Source of the DNA: Raillietiella orientalis
Taxonomy: Eukaryota
Direction of reading: 5' to 3'
Length of the DNA: 64,000 bases
Assembly: GCA_036172245.1 (NCBI GenBank)
Contig: JAYWIR010000024.1
Span: 930,001 to 994,000 of the forward strand
Positions 24,843-36,305 of the stretch are shown here, piece by piece. Under the pieces are notes generated by a model that worked only from the letters and a program-made list of their open reading frames with translations, had not been told where the DNA came from and made no database searches. Each line of letters begins with the position of its first letter. Position 1 is the stretch's first letter. The translations under genes were made by a program, and so were the position numbers.

Positions 24843-27800
24843 ACGAGTGATAATCATCCTAGGCGAATAGCAATATACCCGTGAGGTCACTACTGGCGCT
24901 TTTTTTTTTGGCTAAAAAAAAAGCATCAGGTAGAAATTTCAGAGCGATAGAAGGAGAACTCGAGGGTGAAGAGGGCTTCGAAGGAAGAAGCGAGAAGTGA
25001 TCATCACTTTCAAACCTCGGTGCTTCCCTAGTGTTTTCTATCTGTATCCAAACAGAAGATCCCGCTGAAGATTTTTGCAAACTCTTCAGCTTTTGAAGAA
25101 ATCGAAGGAATTGCCGTCAAGCCTTAGTTAGCAGTCGGGTTCGGTTATTTCAGGGAAAGGTAGCTTTGAGAGAAGACCAAGAGGTGGCTTGCTTTGGCTA
25201 CCTTTCTATTTGCTTTCATCCGTTTCTGCATCATGCAAATTTTAGTCAGATGAAGATGAGGATTCTCCACCAGGTTGACGGTCTCCTCCTCCGCTCGCTC
25301 ATCCTGTTGAGGCTCGAGGGGTTGGTGCTTGGTAGTCGGGGACCCAGGCGGTGCAGCCAGCAAATATCCGGGAGAGCTGGATGCCGAAACGCGCGGCATC
25401 ATTCCTCATGATTTGCATCTGAAGCCTCAGCTCCCGAGTTCCTGCGAGTTCTTCAGCCCTCTCGGCACCGCGCCGCTACCCGGGTCTCCAATTCCCAAGA
25501 TCCCAGGAAGAATACCCGCGCAAGTTCTGAAGCTCCTTCGGAAGGAAAAACAGAGAGCGGATCCTTGACGTCTGATTTCTTTCCGTTGCCCTGTTTCCAC
25601 AAGGAGCCATTGGGGAGTTCTGGAAGGGGCAGACGATGTGCAGGACGAAGACTCGTCCCTTGTCCTCGCGGCAGCAAGCTGGCTGGAGAAGAAGGAGCAT
25701 GAGCTGGTTGCAGGCCACCAGCTGGCAATGTTTCCGAGCGGCCTTCTTGATCCGTGACAGCATTCTGCACTTGCGTTCTCACTATCGTTTCGGATCGGTG
25801 TTGAGAGCTCACAGGGAGACTCTGGCTCACCAGCAGCGCGAGTGTACACCTGCCGTGGTGGCAGCGGACGCGGACGATCCTCTGATGCTCCTCTCATGTC
25901 CACCCCGGCATGCGCACTCGAGGTCTGGAAGATTGATAGTGCAAGCACCAGAATTACAAGATTGAGCCTACTGGTGCATCCGTGCAACCTGAGATGGATT
26001 TTCGCAATCCGCCTGGACCCCACCTTTGCCCATGCAAAAGCCTGCTCGGATTCTTCCTCTTTTTTTTTTCTCTTTAGGATGAAACGTGAGGGACATGAGA
26101 AATGCGTCTACGGCTTAGCAAATCACCCACTCCTCTCTGAGATTTGAGTCTGCAATTCTCAATCCTTTTCCTCTTTTCTTCCCAAAGAAATGTCCTGAGC
26201 ATGTACGAAGGAAGATTTTGAATTCCTTTGAACCCTTTTCTCGAGCGAGAAGACCACCCTTCTTTGCCCCATTGTAAGGAACACGGGCAACACTTGATGC
26301 CCCTCTGACCGCTGTGGCTCCAGTTGGCTTTTGGTAGATTCCTGAAGCTGATTGCCTGCTTCGTCCACGCTGCTTCGGTGTCTTAATCCCATCTGAAGGG
26401 AAGCCATCTCTAGAAAGATGAAGACTAGATTTGTCTCAGTCAGTTGGCTTTCGCGATGAGATTGGTCCAAGCATTGCTCCCGAGATGCTTCCATAACCGC
26501 CACTCATTCCTTTCCTCAATGGAGCACGTGTGAAAACCCACCGCCAGGACAGTCAGAGAAATCAGCAATCGCTCGTGGCTAGCAACAACGATGGGAACGC
26601 TAAAGCTGGGACTGGGAAGTTTTGGGTGTCCAAGCTGTACGTGAAGAACTCTCGAAGCGATATGGGTGGATGGATAACATTTCTGCGGGAGCAACTGTGA
26701 AGATGCGAACGCTTCAATTTGCGAATAAGGAATCGGGAAATTGCAAACTTCTAAATCGAGAGATCATGGATTGCAAACTTGGGAACCAATGAACATAGGT
26801 CACAAAGAGAGGATTGTCTTGTTTTTTCTCTAGAAGAAAATCCGAGAATAGACTCTTTTCTTTTGTTCATGAGAAACCTAGGACATCAGTGCGGAGGCAG
26901 TTCTTTCCTTGCAACTTGATGGAACCAGGGGCACATTCCAACTTCCAGTTATTTGTCTTCTGATCTAATCTGAAGCGCTAAGATCCAAGAAAGGTTAGTT
27001 ATTTGGTTCGTTCTTGCTTCAATCGCTGAACGCTTCGTGTGCAATTTTTAGCGCAAACACAGCATCATCTTCGTTTTTGTCCGCTCCAGCAGTCCATGTC
27101 CTCGACCTAGAAGAGTAGAAAGCACATGCATTGAATCTTCATCCTCCGTGTTCTTTCCATTCCTTCCTCAAGGCAACGTGAGGAACACCTCAGCGAATGG
27201 AGGAAAGGGGTCATCCATTGTATTTTTGCTTGAGCAGAGCGCGTCAAGGGTAGATGTTCCATGCAAAGGGAAAAGACAAAAAAAAAAAAGACTCCGCGGT
27301 GAAGAGATAAAACAAGAGAAGCTTCTTCCGTAATCGAAAAAAAAAAGCATTGCCAAATCCCTTGGGAGAGCAGAACGGTGCACACCGAACATGACCGCAG
27401 AAAAGTTAAAATTGCAGAATCCTTCTGGATGAAAGGCAGCTTGCTGACCAGCATCCCTTGATACTGACACATTTCCCTGTCGAAAATTTCGTGACAAAAT
27501 AGTATTATGCAGAAACCCGAAGGACCCACTTGGGACTGAGTACCTAGAATTCATGTGCTTTCAGTTACTTAGTGCAAATGGAAAAAAGTACCTGGATGTC
27601 ACTTGGGTAGCAATTTCCTCGAAGTGACTACATGAGACAAGACCACCGTCGATGAGCAGAATTGGGCATTCGGGGACCTACCAGCGCCAACGAAAAAGAG
27701 ACATTCACGTCTCAATTCAAGGATTTGTCAATCTTGACGTTATGGAGTCACTTCACGCTTCTGTCAAACTTCCGCCAGAATCTTCAGTCAAGTCCATCGA

Positions 27801-29220
27801 GTGCAAACCATAGAGTTCCTCATTGCATGACGTCTGTGCAGTCAATATGCCGACCGATGACTTCCGTATTTTGAGGATAGGCATCTGTGAGATGCCAATC
27901 CATTGACGTGAAAGAAGTTTCCCAGCATGCCTAATTGATCTCCTTAGCCGGAAGTCGTGTATGGGAAACGGCTTGGATTCCTGTGCTCTTTTGCTGACGA
28001 GGAACTTTTCAGCAACATTGGGGAGGACACTGAACCGAGGAGCTTATCCCAAATCGAGGACCTATTGTTAGCATTGTTTAGGAGACATTTAGGGGGAACT
28101 GGAGTAGTAGGCCATGTGCATGCCGATGGAACTGCAGTGACAAAAGAAAACCATAAAGACAGAAGCAGTTATTTGAACTCGTGCATACAATGTCTAGCTC
28201 TATTATTTTTCTGCTTCCTGGTGACTTATCCCAAGGAGCCCTGAAAAGGAACTCACTGAAGATGGCATAACCGTGCAGCTATATCAGATCATCTACTTCA
28301 TCAATGAAATTTCGGTCCACCAACGTGTTGTAAAAGCAATCACGAAATCCCGTTTTCCGCTTAGGGAACAGACACAAATCTTGTTGAGAATATAGGGTCG
28401 AGACTTCAGGGCCCACATAAGCAGTTGACAGCTGCTCTGATGAATTCTGTTTCCAATCCAATGGTTACGCTGTGTAACAAGACAATTTCTTCCGATGACC
28501 CACTGCGTCTGCTATTCTTTCGAAACGAGGATGTACATATTCTCGCGTCGAAACAACTGTGTAAATTGTACGGTTTGTTTTCGCGGTAGCCGTGCATTAA
28601 TAATGGCTGCGATTTGTTCCGGCTATAAAGCAGACCACCAGCGACAGCCCGACATGCATCACTCTTTGCTGTACCAAAGTTAGGATCATTGCATAGTTCG
28701 TTCCCTCCCAAACCCAGAGTCATTGAAAAGGCAGGAAAATAAAAGCAGCTCATGGAACAAATCAGAAGTCTGGAAGTTTCCAACAGGGGAATCGAGTAGC
28801 AGTCTGATGGGGTAACCATTGCCATCAACTGGCCAAAATTTGAAATACCTGGAAGTCAGAGAGAGAGTCGTGACAGCATCTGAAATCCAGGATGGTTCTA
28901 ATAGGGGATGAAAGAATCAACAGAGCGTGGACATGTTTCTTTTCTTCAGCAGTTTGCGAACAAATTAAAGGTTTTATAGACTGCCAGCAAGATGGTCAGC
29001 GGGAAAGAATAGCGGAACTGGGAGTAGTTGGAAGTTATGGTGATCTCAAATAACACTAGAAAGAATTTCCCGGATCCAAAGAGAAAGAAATCACCGAAGG
29101 CTCACATCTTTTCTATTCACGTGTTGTGAAAAGGGCAAAGGTGTATTTAGATATGGTGGATTAGCATGCACTCGAATTCTTTGACCAGGGAACCACCTGG
29201 AGTGATAAAACAGATCTTAC

Positions 29221-29396
29221 CAGAAATAACTCTTTCTATCCTGGATTGGAAGTCTTCCATAGGAAGCAAAGACAACCCAACATAAACCTTGAAGCCAGTG
29301 CTCAGTTCATGTTCAGCAAGCATCCTCATTCCCTCAAAACGATGCATAGAGAGTTGAGGATCCCCAATGGTATCTGGAATTTTCATAGCTTCAGAG
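29221..29396 (-). CDS. Internal exon of the unidentified gene (SEAMKIPDTIGDPQ...SRIERVIS)
   Basis: Acceptor tttgtcgtttttaAG, 176 nt with only one open frame, strong donor CTG|GTAAGA. Confidence 0.6.
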
Positions 29397-29505
29397 CTTA
29401 AAAACGACAAACTGAACGATTCCTGTTTATTCCTGATCGCCTGTTGATTTCTTAGACCTTTGAAGAAATCGTAGCGAAATTTTCTTGTTCGGTATGCCTC
29501 AGTAC

Positions 29506-29593
29506 GTCGAAACCAGTGCATCCTCTTTCATTTCTCTTTCATCACTTTCGAGAGCCCTCTCTTGCCATTTCTGAAGATTTCTTTTCTCTGTTA
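29506..29593 (-). CDS. Internal exon of the unidentified gene (VTEKRNLQKWQERALESDEREMKEDALVS)
   Basis: Acceptor cttcgtgttcAG, 88 nt, phase 1 in and phase 2 out (|GTACTG). It bridges the flanking exons in frame. Confidence 0.5.
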
Positions 29594-29787
29594 CTGAACA
29601 CGAAGCAGTTTTATAATTATGCAGGTACATTATGTACGAGGCTCATATTCACTGTCATACAAAGACGGGGAAAAAAAACTCCTTTACAGCTACTGCTGTT
29701 AACAGCTCAAGAGATCAAAGAAGTTTATCTCCTAGAATTTGGAAAGAACAAGCATCTGCTGATGCTTTTTTTTTGGAATGGAGGTTT

Positions 29788-29985
29788 TGGAGTTGCTTAA
29801 TGTCCTAATCATAATCCAACCATTCATGAATAATTCTTATCGCAGCATCTAATTTAGCTTTTTTAGTCATAGGATTGACGCACAAATCAATAGTTTTCGC
29901 ACATTGCTTCGAGGCATCATCACACCAGGTCTCACACCACAGCCACTCTTGAGGTAGAGATTTTAATGGTACCTTGATGTATCAT
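29788..29985 (-). pseudogene. UGGT: Pseudogene fragment of UDP-glucose:glycoprotein glucosyltransferase (GT24 C-terminus)
   Basis: Translates as MIHQGTIK/(+1 frameshift)/[56 protein letters not shown]. This is the well-known UGGT terminal signature ([21 protein letters not shown]...KTIDLCNNPxTKExKL). It has a frameshift and a premature TAG at 29807-29805. Confidence 0.92.
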
Positions 29986-30148
29986 TTTATCAAGATCTGC
30001 CCAAATAACATGATACATCAAGTTGCCATTAAATCTATGTTTATAAATCCTATGACCAAACCTAGAAAGTCCTGCTGTTTCCTCCTTCCTTTCTTTTTTC
30101 CTTCGAGCGATTTCCCAGAAGGTGGCATGCTAAAATGCCGCTGAGTAC

Positions 30149-30338
30149 CTGCCGTAAGCGGATTTCTGATGCCATTCCATACCATCAAGAGCTCGTTCGC
30201 CGAGGATGCTGGAAGGCATAGCAACCATTGGTAGCTTCGCTCTACGAATTCCGAGAGTGCGTACACCCCCACAATTCTGAACGCATGCCGTTCCACTGCC
30301 CGTGAACAGCTGTCTATCCACATAGGTAGGGGGTCATC
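30149..30338 (-). CDS. Internal exon of the unidentified gene (DDPLPMWIDS...GIRNPLTA)
   Basis: Acceptor tttgcttAG, 190 nt open, phase-1 donor CAG|GTACTC compatible with the exon at 29593. Confidence 0.55.
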
Positions 30339-31813
30339 CTAAGCAAAGGATCCATGCCATCCAACGATTCGGCAAGCTCTCGTTTAGCGGGTTTCAGTTT
30401 CTTTTCTAAAGGAGCAACACCTTCAGAATGGACATCATGCTGCTTCTCTATCAATCAGTGCATTCCACGGACGATTGCTCCCGTTGCCAACCGACTGCCG
30501 CCCCAAAACGTCCTGTCTCATCAACAGCGTGCATGCCAACTAAAGGTCACTCCTCTGAATTCATCCCTTGAGGATCTCCACGGTCCACTTTTTCTCACAC
30601 TTCCACAAAATACTTCCTAATTTTGCATTGGCGAGAGTTGACAAAATAATTGCAGACGTAAAACAGGAAGATGAGAACTACTACCCCTCAAATTCCTGAT
30701 CACCCCTGGTATTTTAATGAAATCGTATTCCTGCTTGACAACGCTGCCCATCCAGAATGATCAACAACGGACTCGCACTTCGTGGAACGAATTTGCGGCA
30801 ATTCACCGCACTTCTCGTCATGCGTATCTATCTTTTTCTAATATGGCATTTGCGGGTAGTTTGAAGGCTTAGAGTGCCGGGATGTGATGGGGTCGTGCTT
30901 AAGTATCGTGGACGCTTTCACAAGCACAGGAGGAAGGGCGAAAAAGGAACGCTTGAGTGGAGCTCAGGTTGCCTGGCACCGCAAGTTGGGTTGGCTGAGA
31001 AGGTGCCGGAGTAGAAAGACGCAACACGGGCACTGCCTCTCCGGAGCATTTTCCCTTCTCTTATGCACAGAGCGTTTGGATACAACGCACGAGTGAGCCG
31101 TGACCTCTCTGAGTCCTCCGCGTGACGGAGACACGCTAGGAGGAGCAGCCGCAGCAGAATTTCATTCCCTTGGGGAGGGCACGTTCTGTACGGCCATCCG
31201 TTGCCCTCCGTCGAAATCTAGCATCGAGGGACTTTAAATCACTTTGATTGATCTGTCGAGAAATCCTCCCGGCATGTCGAACAATCAAAACGGCAGTGCA
31301 ATGTCGAGTGACTACCTGAGTCGCACGCATCGGGATGTGCGCAGCGATTGCTGGTAAAGACTCCTTCGTACGCGCACAGCCGCGCGCAAGCGTTTTGCAG
31401 AGCAGCGCTCTTCACCTCTTCCTAGACGTCCCTGCTGAACACGGATCCCGAACAATGTAGACGTGATGCCGGATGTTTTTATCCAGTGGGAACCTTGGAT
31501 GCGTCGTGGCAGAGGAGGAAGTTTGACCGCTTCTTAGGAAGAAGTCGCGGGAGCAACTCATCAGGGCTCCTACGGTTTCTCCCGCGGTTCTGATCCTTCG
31601 ATCTAGGTGTGAGAATTCGAGCAAGCAGCTGCCCGTTGCACCAGGGAAGCACAGCACTTCTGGAAAACTGGGATCCACTTCCTGTGCAGCAGGATCGAAA
31701 TATTAGATGGGACAAATGAGTGATCTCTCGCCCTGTGAGTAGCTCAGAAGTCCATGGGTGCTCTTCAAGCCTAAGGAAGAGGAAATTTGAGATCCACCAA
31801 CGCATTATATTGT

Positions 31814-32570
31814 GCCACATTGTGGCCGTTTGCGGCCATGTGGCGACGTTCTTCGCGCGTGGCACCGAGCGCTGCTAGTTCGAATCCCCACGTGAAGGAT
31901 CGATGGCGAGAAATAGATGCGTTGTGGGTTTCGAGCCCCCACCCCTCCCCTTCCCCCAAGGTGACGCTCGTTGACCTGTAGGCTTCTAGTGCGGCACTGG
32001 TGGGAACCGAATGCCCCCGTTAAGGAGGCGGAAGTTGGATTTGGAAGTTGATCCTCTCGGGTCCGTCCAGAAAGCAAGGAGCCGTTCCCTTCCGGTTGGG
32101 AAAATAGAGCGTACTCTGGGTACCATGGAGCTGGTTGATTGATACCTCTCCAGAGCGTCAAGAAGCACGCTGCTCCCTTTGGGGAGCGACTCTTTAGAGA
32201 AATTCGGAAGCGTCTCTTCGGGATTCTCTTCAGAAGAGTAACAAGGAGCGGTTTCCTTGAGAGTTCCCTCTGGAGAAGCAATGAGGAGCAGCGCTTTACA
32301 AGAGACCCCTCCTGGAGATTGAGTAACAGGTTTACTTGGGATTTCCTCCCAAGAGTAAGAGAATAAGGCACTCCTTCTTCCGGAGCCTTTCTGGATTCAT
32401 GGAGTGGTCCCTTCGGAGTTAACCCTTAACTTGAAGAAGGACACACACCCTCTGGTGACGTGGACAGTGTTAAAGAGTTTTGTGGTTTGCTAAGTACTCA
32501 AGAAAAATTCATCTCCGTCGTCCTACGGAGATGAATGGTTCTTGAGTACTTTGCGAACCAAAAAAAAGAA
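31814..32570 (+). mobile_element. SINE-like family copy c (near full length)
   Basis: Head hairpin, B-box AGTTCGAATCC at 31877-31887, core, 3' end GAATGGTTCTTGAGTACTTTGCGAACC plus A-tail. Carries a private 36-bp fold-back at 32483-32560. Confidence 0.85.
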
Positions 32571-33149
32571 AACACTTCACATGTGACCTGGAGGGTGTGA
32601 CTGGGACATATTTGATATGAACAGCGTGGAGAGTGATGCCGACAAAGAGTACAGAGAGTCATGGCGGAAAAGGATAAAGTGTAGGAAAAATAAAAAGAGC
32701 AGAAATAAAGGCAGAAGATGAGGTGGAAGGCTTATCGGAATGCACGCTTGCTGCTTTCCGGAAAGATGCAAAACATCCTCTCTCCAGGGAGAGTGAGATG
32801 TCCTCACATAGGCAGAAAAGACGATAAGATAAAAGGAATTTGTCTCAGTGAAGGGAAAATCATCCCCATGCCTGGAACATTTGCAGGTGAGAAATGAAAG
32901 GGAGAGTGAAACGACGAGAGTCGGGAATCAAGAGCATCGGGAAGACAGGGGAAATCCTCAAAAGGCTCCAGGATTTCAGTTGTTCCTTCTCTGAACGGAA
33001 CTTCAGGTAGCCTGGCTTGGATTTCACCGTCCAACCTATTCAGCTCGCCACGCCTCTCAACATCGCGAAGGACTCCTTCGGTGGAGCGAACTCTCGAGGG
33101 TGCCCCCCGAAGAACTTGTGATCCCTCCCTCCTGTTTGAACACTTCCGT

Positions 33150-33800
33150 GTTCCCTTTAACTTGGAAACAGGACGTCATCATGCTGGTGCATTGGGGTTT
33201 CCACACCAACCAGCGGACGAACCGTGTTTCCGGGGGAGTTGTCTCCCGAACTGTAAACGGTGTGTGGAAGTGGAAACGCTCCCGCACCTGCTCTTGGATT
33301 GCGGTATCCTCCAAGGACTGTGGCGGAGGCTGGATCACCTCTCCTGCTCCAGGGGAACACCGCAAGGGATTTGATGAGCCGCTTCTTCGCGCCAGGCGGC
33401 CTGTCCTTAGGTGCTGTCATCGCAACGGTCTGTTGCACCCGTGCCATCGACAAGGCCCACCGAGAGCTGGAGAAGCTGGCGATGTGTCGTCAGGCCACCG
33501 GAATAGGCGACGACAACATCACGTCGGCTGCTGAGTGGGTCCCTTCTTCCGGAAGACGTGAGGAGCGAGATCACCGGCATCCATAGCCGGTTCTGAAGGA
33601 AAGGAACGGTGGAAACCAAATACCCCTGTTCCCTACCCTCCCCACATCTTTATTTCTATTTTTTATATGTGTATTTGTGATCCCCTCCCTCCCGTTCTGG
33701 ACTTTCGGTTTACCGACCTGCGTGTCGGGGATCCCCCCCTTTGTTTCTTCTGTGTCCTTTGTCCGGGAACTCTGTTCCCAGATAGTTCAGCAATAAACGC
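33150..33800 (+). mobile_element. 3' end of an L1/Tx1-like LINE (zinc finger + 3' UTR)
   Basis: 'PNCKRCVEVETLPHLLLDCGILQGLWRRL'. GGAAACGCTCCCGCACCTGCTCTTGGA matches 24281-24308. AATAAA at ~33792. Confidence 0.65.
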
Positions 33801-34109
33801 ACCGACGCACCTGAGTGAGAAACAACCTATTCAGCTCTCTTCTAAAGTGTTCCTTGCGGAAGAAATCTCGTGTTTGCTTTCGGACCTTCCGAGAGCTTTG
33901 GTAGACATTTCCCGGAACATCCATTCCTAAAAGAGAGTGAACGTTGAGGATCGTGAGATGACTGGTCTAGGATAGGCGAGTTTCCAGAAAAATATCAAGT
34001 ATTCGGAGTTTATGGACTGACAATACGTAGCTCTTCCTTTACTTTCACAATTAGCACCATCCAGGGATTCCGTGTACACTGATTGACGAAGACCCCGAAT
34101 GACCGAGAC

Positions 34110-34300
34110 TGCTCCAAACATGCATACGCTCCTGGGCAGCATGCGCTCTCCGAATGCCGAATGCCGAGGAGGCCGCAGATTTCTTCCAGCTGATTCTTCT
34201 GGTTGACAACTCCCACGGTACGTCCAGCACATGCCTCGGCCATGTCGTACCTTAGCCTCGTGCGGGATCTCCAGCTCCCATAAGACTTCATCGCTGTTCA
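34110..34300 (-). mobile_element. LINE RT C-terminal fragment, paralogous to 21650-21830
   Basis: 'RTRLRYDMAEACAG...QLEEICGLLG' loosely fits RPxLxYGxExW...Q...RxILG. Nucleotide similarity to 21768-21812. Confidence 0.45.
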
Positions 34301-34699
34301 TCTGCGCCTCTATGAACTCTGTCACCGTTTCATCGAAACATCGAGAATGATGGTCCGATCCTTCTTCTGAAGGGCTGAGTCTGGCTAAAGATTCGAGTTG
34401 ACCCCTGGGACTGGTTAAACACCACTTTCCGCTGCTTTCGCATCAACTCTTGAATTTGGTCCGCAAGTCCGTCGTGACTCTGGTGATGACCACTGCATGC
34501 CGCGTTCAGTGATTACGAATGTGCTGTAGCGTCCCTTCCTAGAAACACAAAAAAAAAAACGGAAGAGGGGGGGGGTGAGAAGAGATGGAAGGAACTCTCT
34601 TAGTAAAAGGAGGTTGCTTTTAATTTGGTGTTCAGGAGAGTTTTTCTATTTCTGATTCCCTTCCAACAGTTCTGCAGTATAGAATAACGTCTGGAAGAA

Positions 34700-35380
34700 T
34701 TTTCAGACGTATTGCTGGATACATTTTATTCTTCAGGCTATGATTCCATCATCAGTTTTCAGAAGGGCGGGAGAACTCTTCAAGCAGAACGTTGTAACGA
34801 AAAATTCCTGAATTCCCCTTGTTCCAGGCCACCAGAAGCTCCGATTACGCGTGTCAATGAGTAGGGGGGCTGCTGCCCAGGTCACCCCCGGAGTCTCTGC
34901 TTTTTCTGCTTCCGCTGAAGGCCATCCATCAGAAAGTCCGTTAGCCGATCTACTTTTAGCCCTGAAATCGTAGATCTTCAAGCTCATGTTGATACAGAAG
35001 CTGCTACGCAGCCCAATCATTTCAGCGGCATCTTCAGGCTTTGTAGTCGGTTCCGGAGTGCCATATTCATCTTCTGTTATCAAAGGTAATCGATCACTTA
35101 ACAGGTAACTTCTGACCTTGTGATTAAAGTGATGGGGTGCAATATGCAACTTTCCCATCTGATACACCGTTATCAGCCCACAGTGATCGAGCATTTCAAC
35201 ATTATCTGGACTCTGTTCCCATTTCCATCAGAAAAGATGGCACAAACATTCGTTCCCTGACTAATCTTTTTTTCGGTCCCTTGGTCCTCGGCTTGCAAGA
35301 CGAATCCAGTGTCTTTTACGCTCGTACCATGAAGCGCAGTATGGCTGAAGGGTTGCCGATCAGCCTTGGGTAAGTGCATC
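34700..35380 (-). mobile_element. Decayed Ty3/Gypsy pol fragment (RNase H to integrase zinc finger)
   Basis: In order: 'TALHGTSVKDTGFVLQAEDQGTEKKIS' (RNase H start), 'ITVYQMGKLH' (cf. IxYxPGKxN) and 'RSFWWPG...EFFVTTFC' (integrase H2C2 region). Confidence 0.55.
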
Positions 35381-35664
35381 AAGCGCTAAAGAGAAAGTCC
35401 TCAGAAAACGAGGCGTATGGAAAGCTGGGAGCTTGCGTTTCACCGTCGGTCCAAGAATGGAGTTCGAACGGAATCTGCGAAAGAGGAAGGTTGCGGAAAC
35501 CTCTTGCTGAACCCGACCACCACGGATTGCACGCGACGTTTTATCGCCGGACAAGAAAACCCAGCTTTCCTACTCCCGAGAGAGAGCTCGGAGAATCCGA
35601 ACATCTGCAGCCTGTTCTTCTGTTTCGCTGCTTTCCTTCCAGTCTTTTTTTTCCGGGTTATCTT

Positions 35665-36305
35665 TTTTTTTTTTTGGCTCGCCAAGTACTCAAGAACCGT
35701 TCGCCTAGGGGTTCGCGAGGCTGTTCCAAACCACCCGAGGATGCGTGTCGACTCTTCAAGTTAGGGTGTATCCCAGGAGGGGATCCCCCTGAGAATCCAG
35801 GAAGAGCTTTGAAGGAAGGAGTCCGTTCCTCTTTTACTCATTTGAGAAAACCCCAAAGGGAACCTGGTTGTCTCCGAAGGGAACCTCTCCGGAGAAAGTA
35901 GTCCGTTCCTCTTACGCTTGCGAAGGAATCCCGAAGGAAACCCTCGCCCTGGTTGTCTCCGAAGAGGAACTCTTCCTCATTTCTCATTTCATTCACTCCG
36001 GAGGGTCCTCTGAAGAAGACTATGCCTCTTCGGGGAACCCCTCCGCTTCTTAACACTGGAGAAGAGATCCCTCGATGGGGATGTCAACCAGCTCCACGGT
36101 ACGACATGGAGGACCCTTCTGAGGGGTAGGGGACGGCTTCATTTTCACAAAGACCGTCTTCTTGACTCCTGAAAGGAACTCGGGGGGTCAGCTTCTTATC
36201 TCGGCCAGTCAGTGGGGCATCCGGCGTCCACCAGTGCTGCACTTGAAACCTACGAGGACAACCAGTGTCATCTTGCGGAAGGAACTGTAAACCCTCGACG
36301 CATCC
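35665..36305 (-). mobile_element. SINE-like family copy d (head missing; expanded central subrepeat; intact 3' end)
   Basis: The reverse complement gives the core GATGACACTGGTTG...GTAGGTTTCAAGTGCAGCACTGGT...CAGGAGTCAAG and ends GAACGGTTCTTGAGTACTTGGCGAGCC-polyA (T-run at 35664-35675). Confidence 0.85.

Larger units (their letters stand above)
25030..31330 (-). other. Unidentified compact multi-exon protein-coding gene (or young pseudogene); span approximate
   Basis: A TE-poor, lower-GC block with regularly spaced polypyrimidine-AG acceptors on the minus strand (exon starts 30338, 29593, 29396, 29055, 28848, ~28623, ~28469, ~28131, ~27884, ~27677, ~27543, ~26969, ~25533, ~25418, ~25089). A phase-compatible exon chain can be built, but several donors are weak. 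Possible first exon ATGCGTGCGACTCAG|GTAGTC at 31330-31316. Confidence 0.5.
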
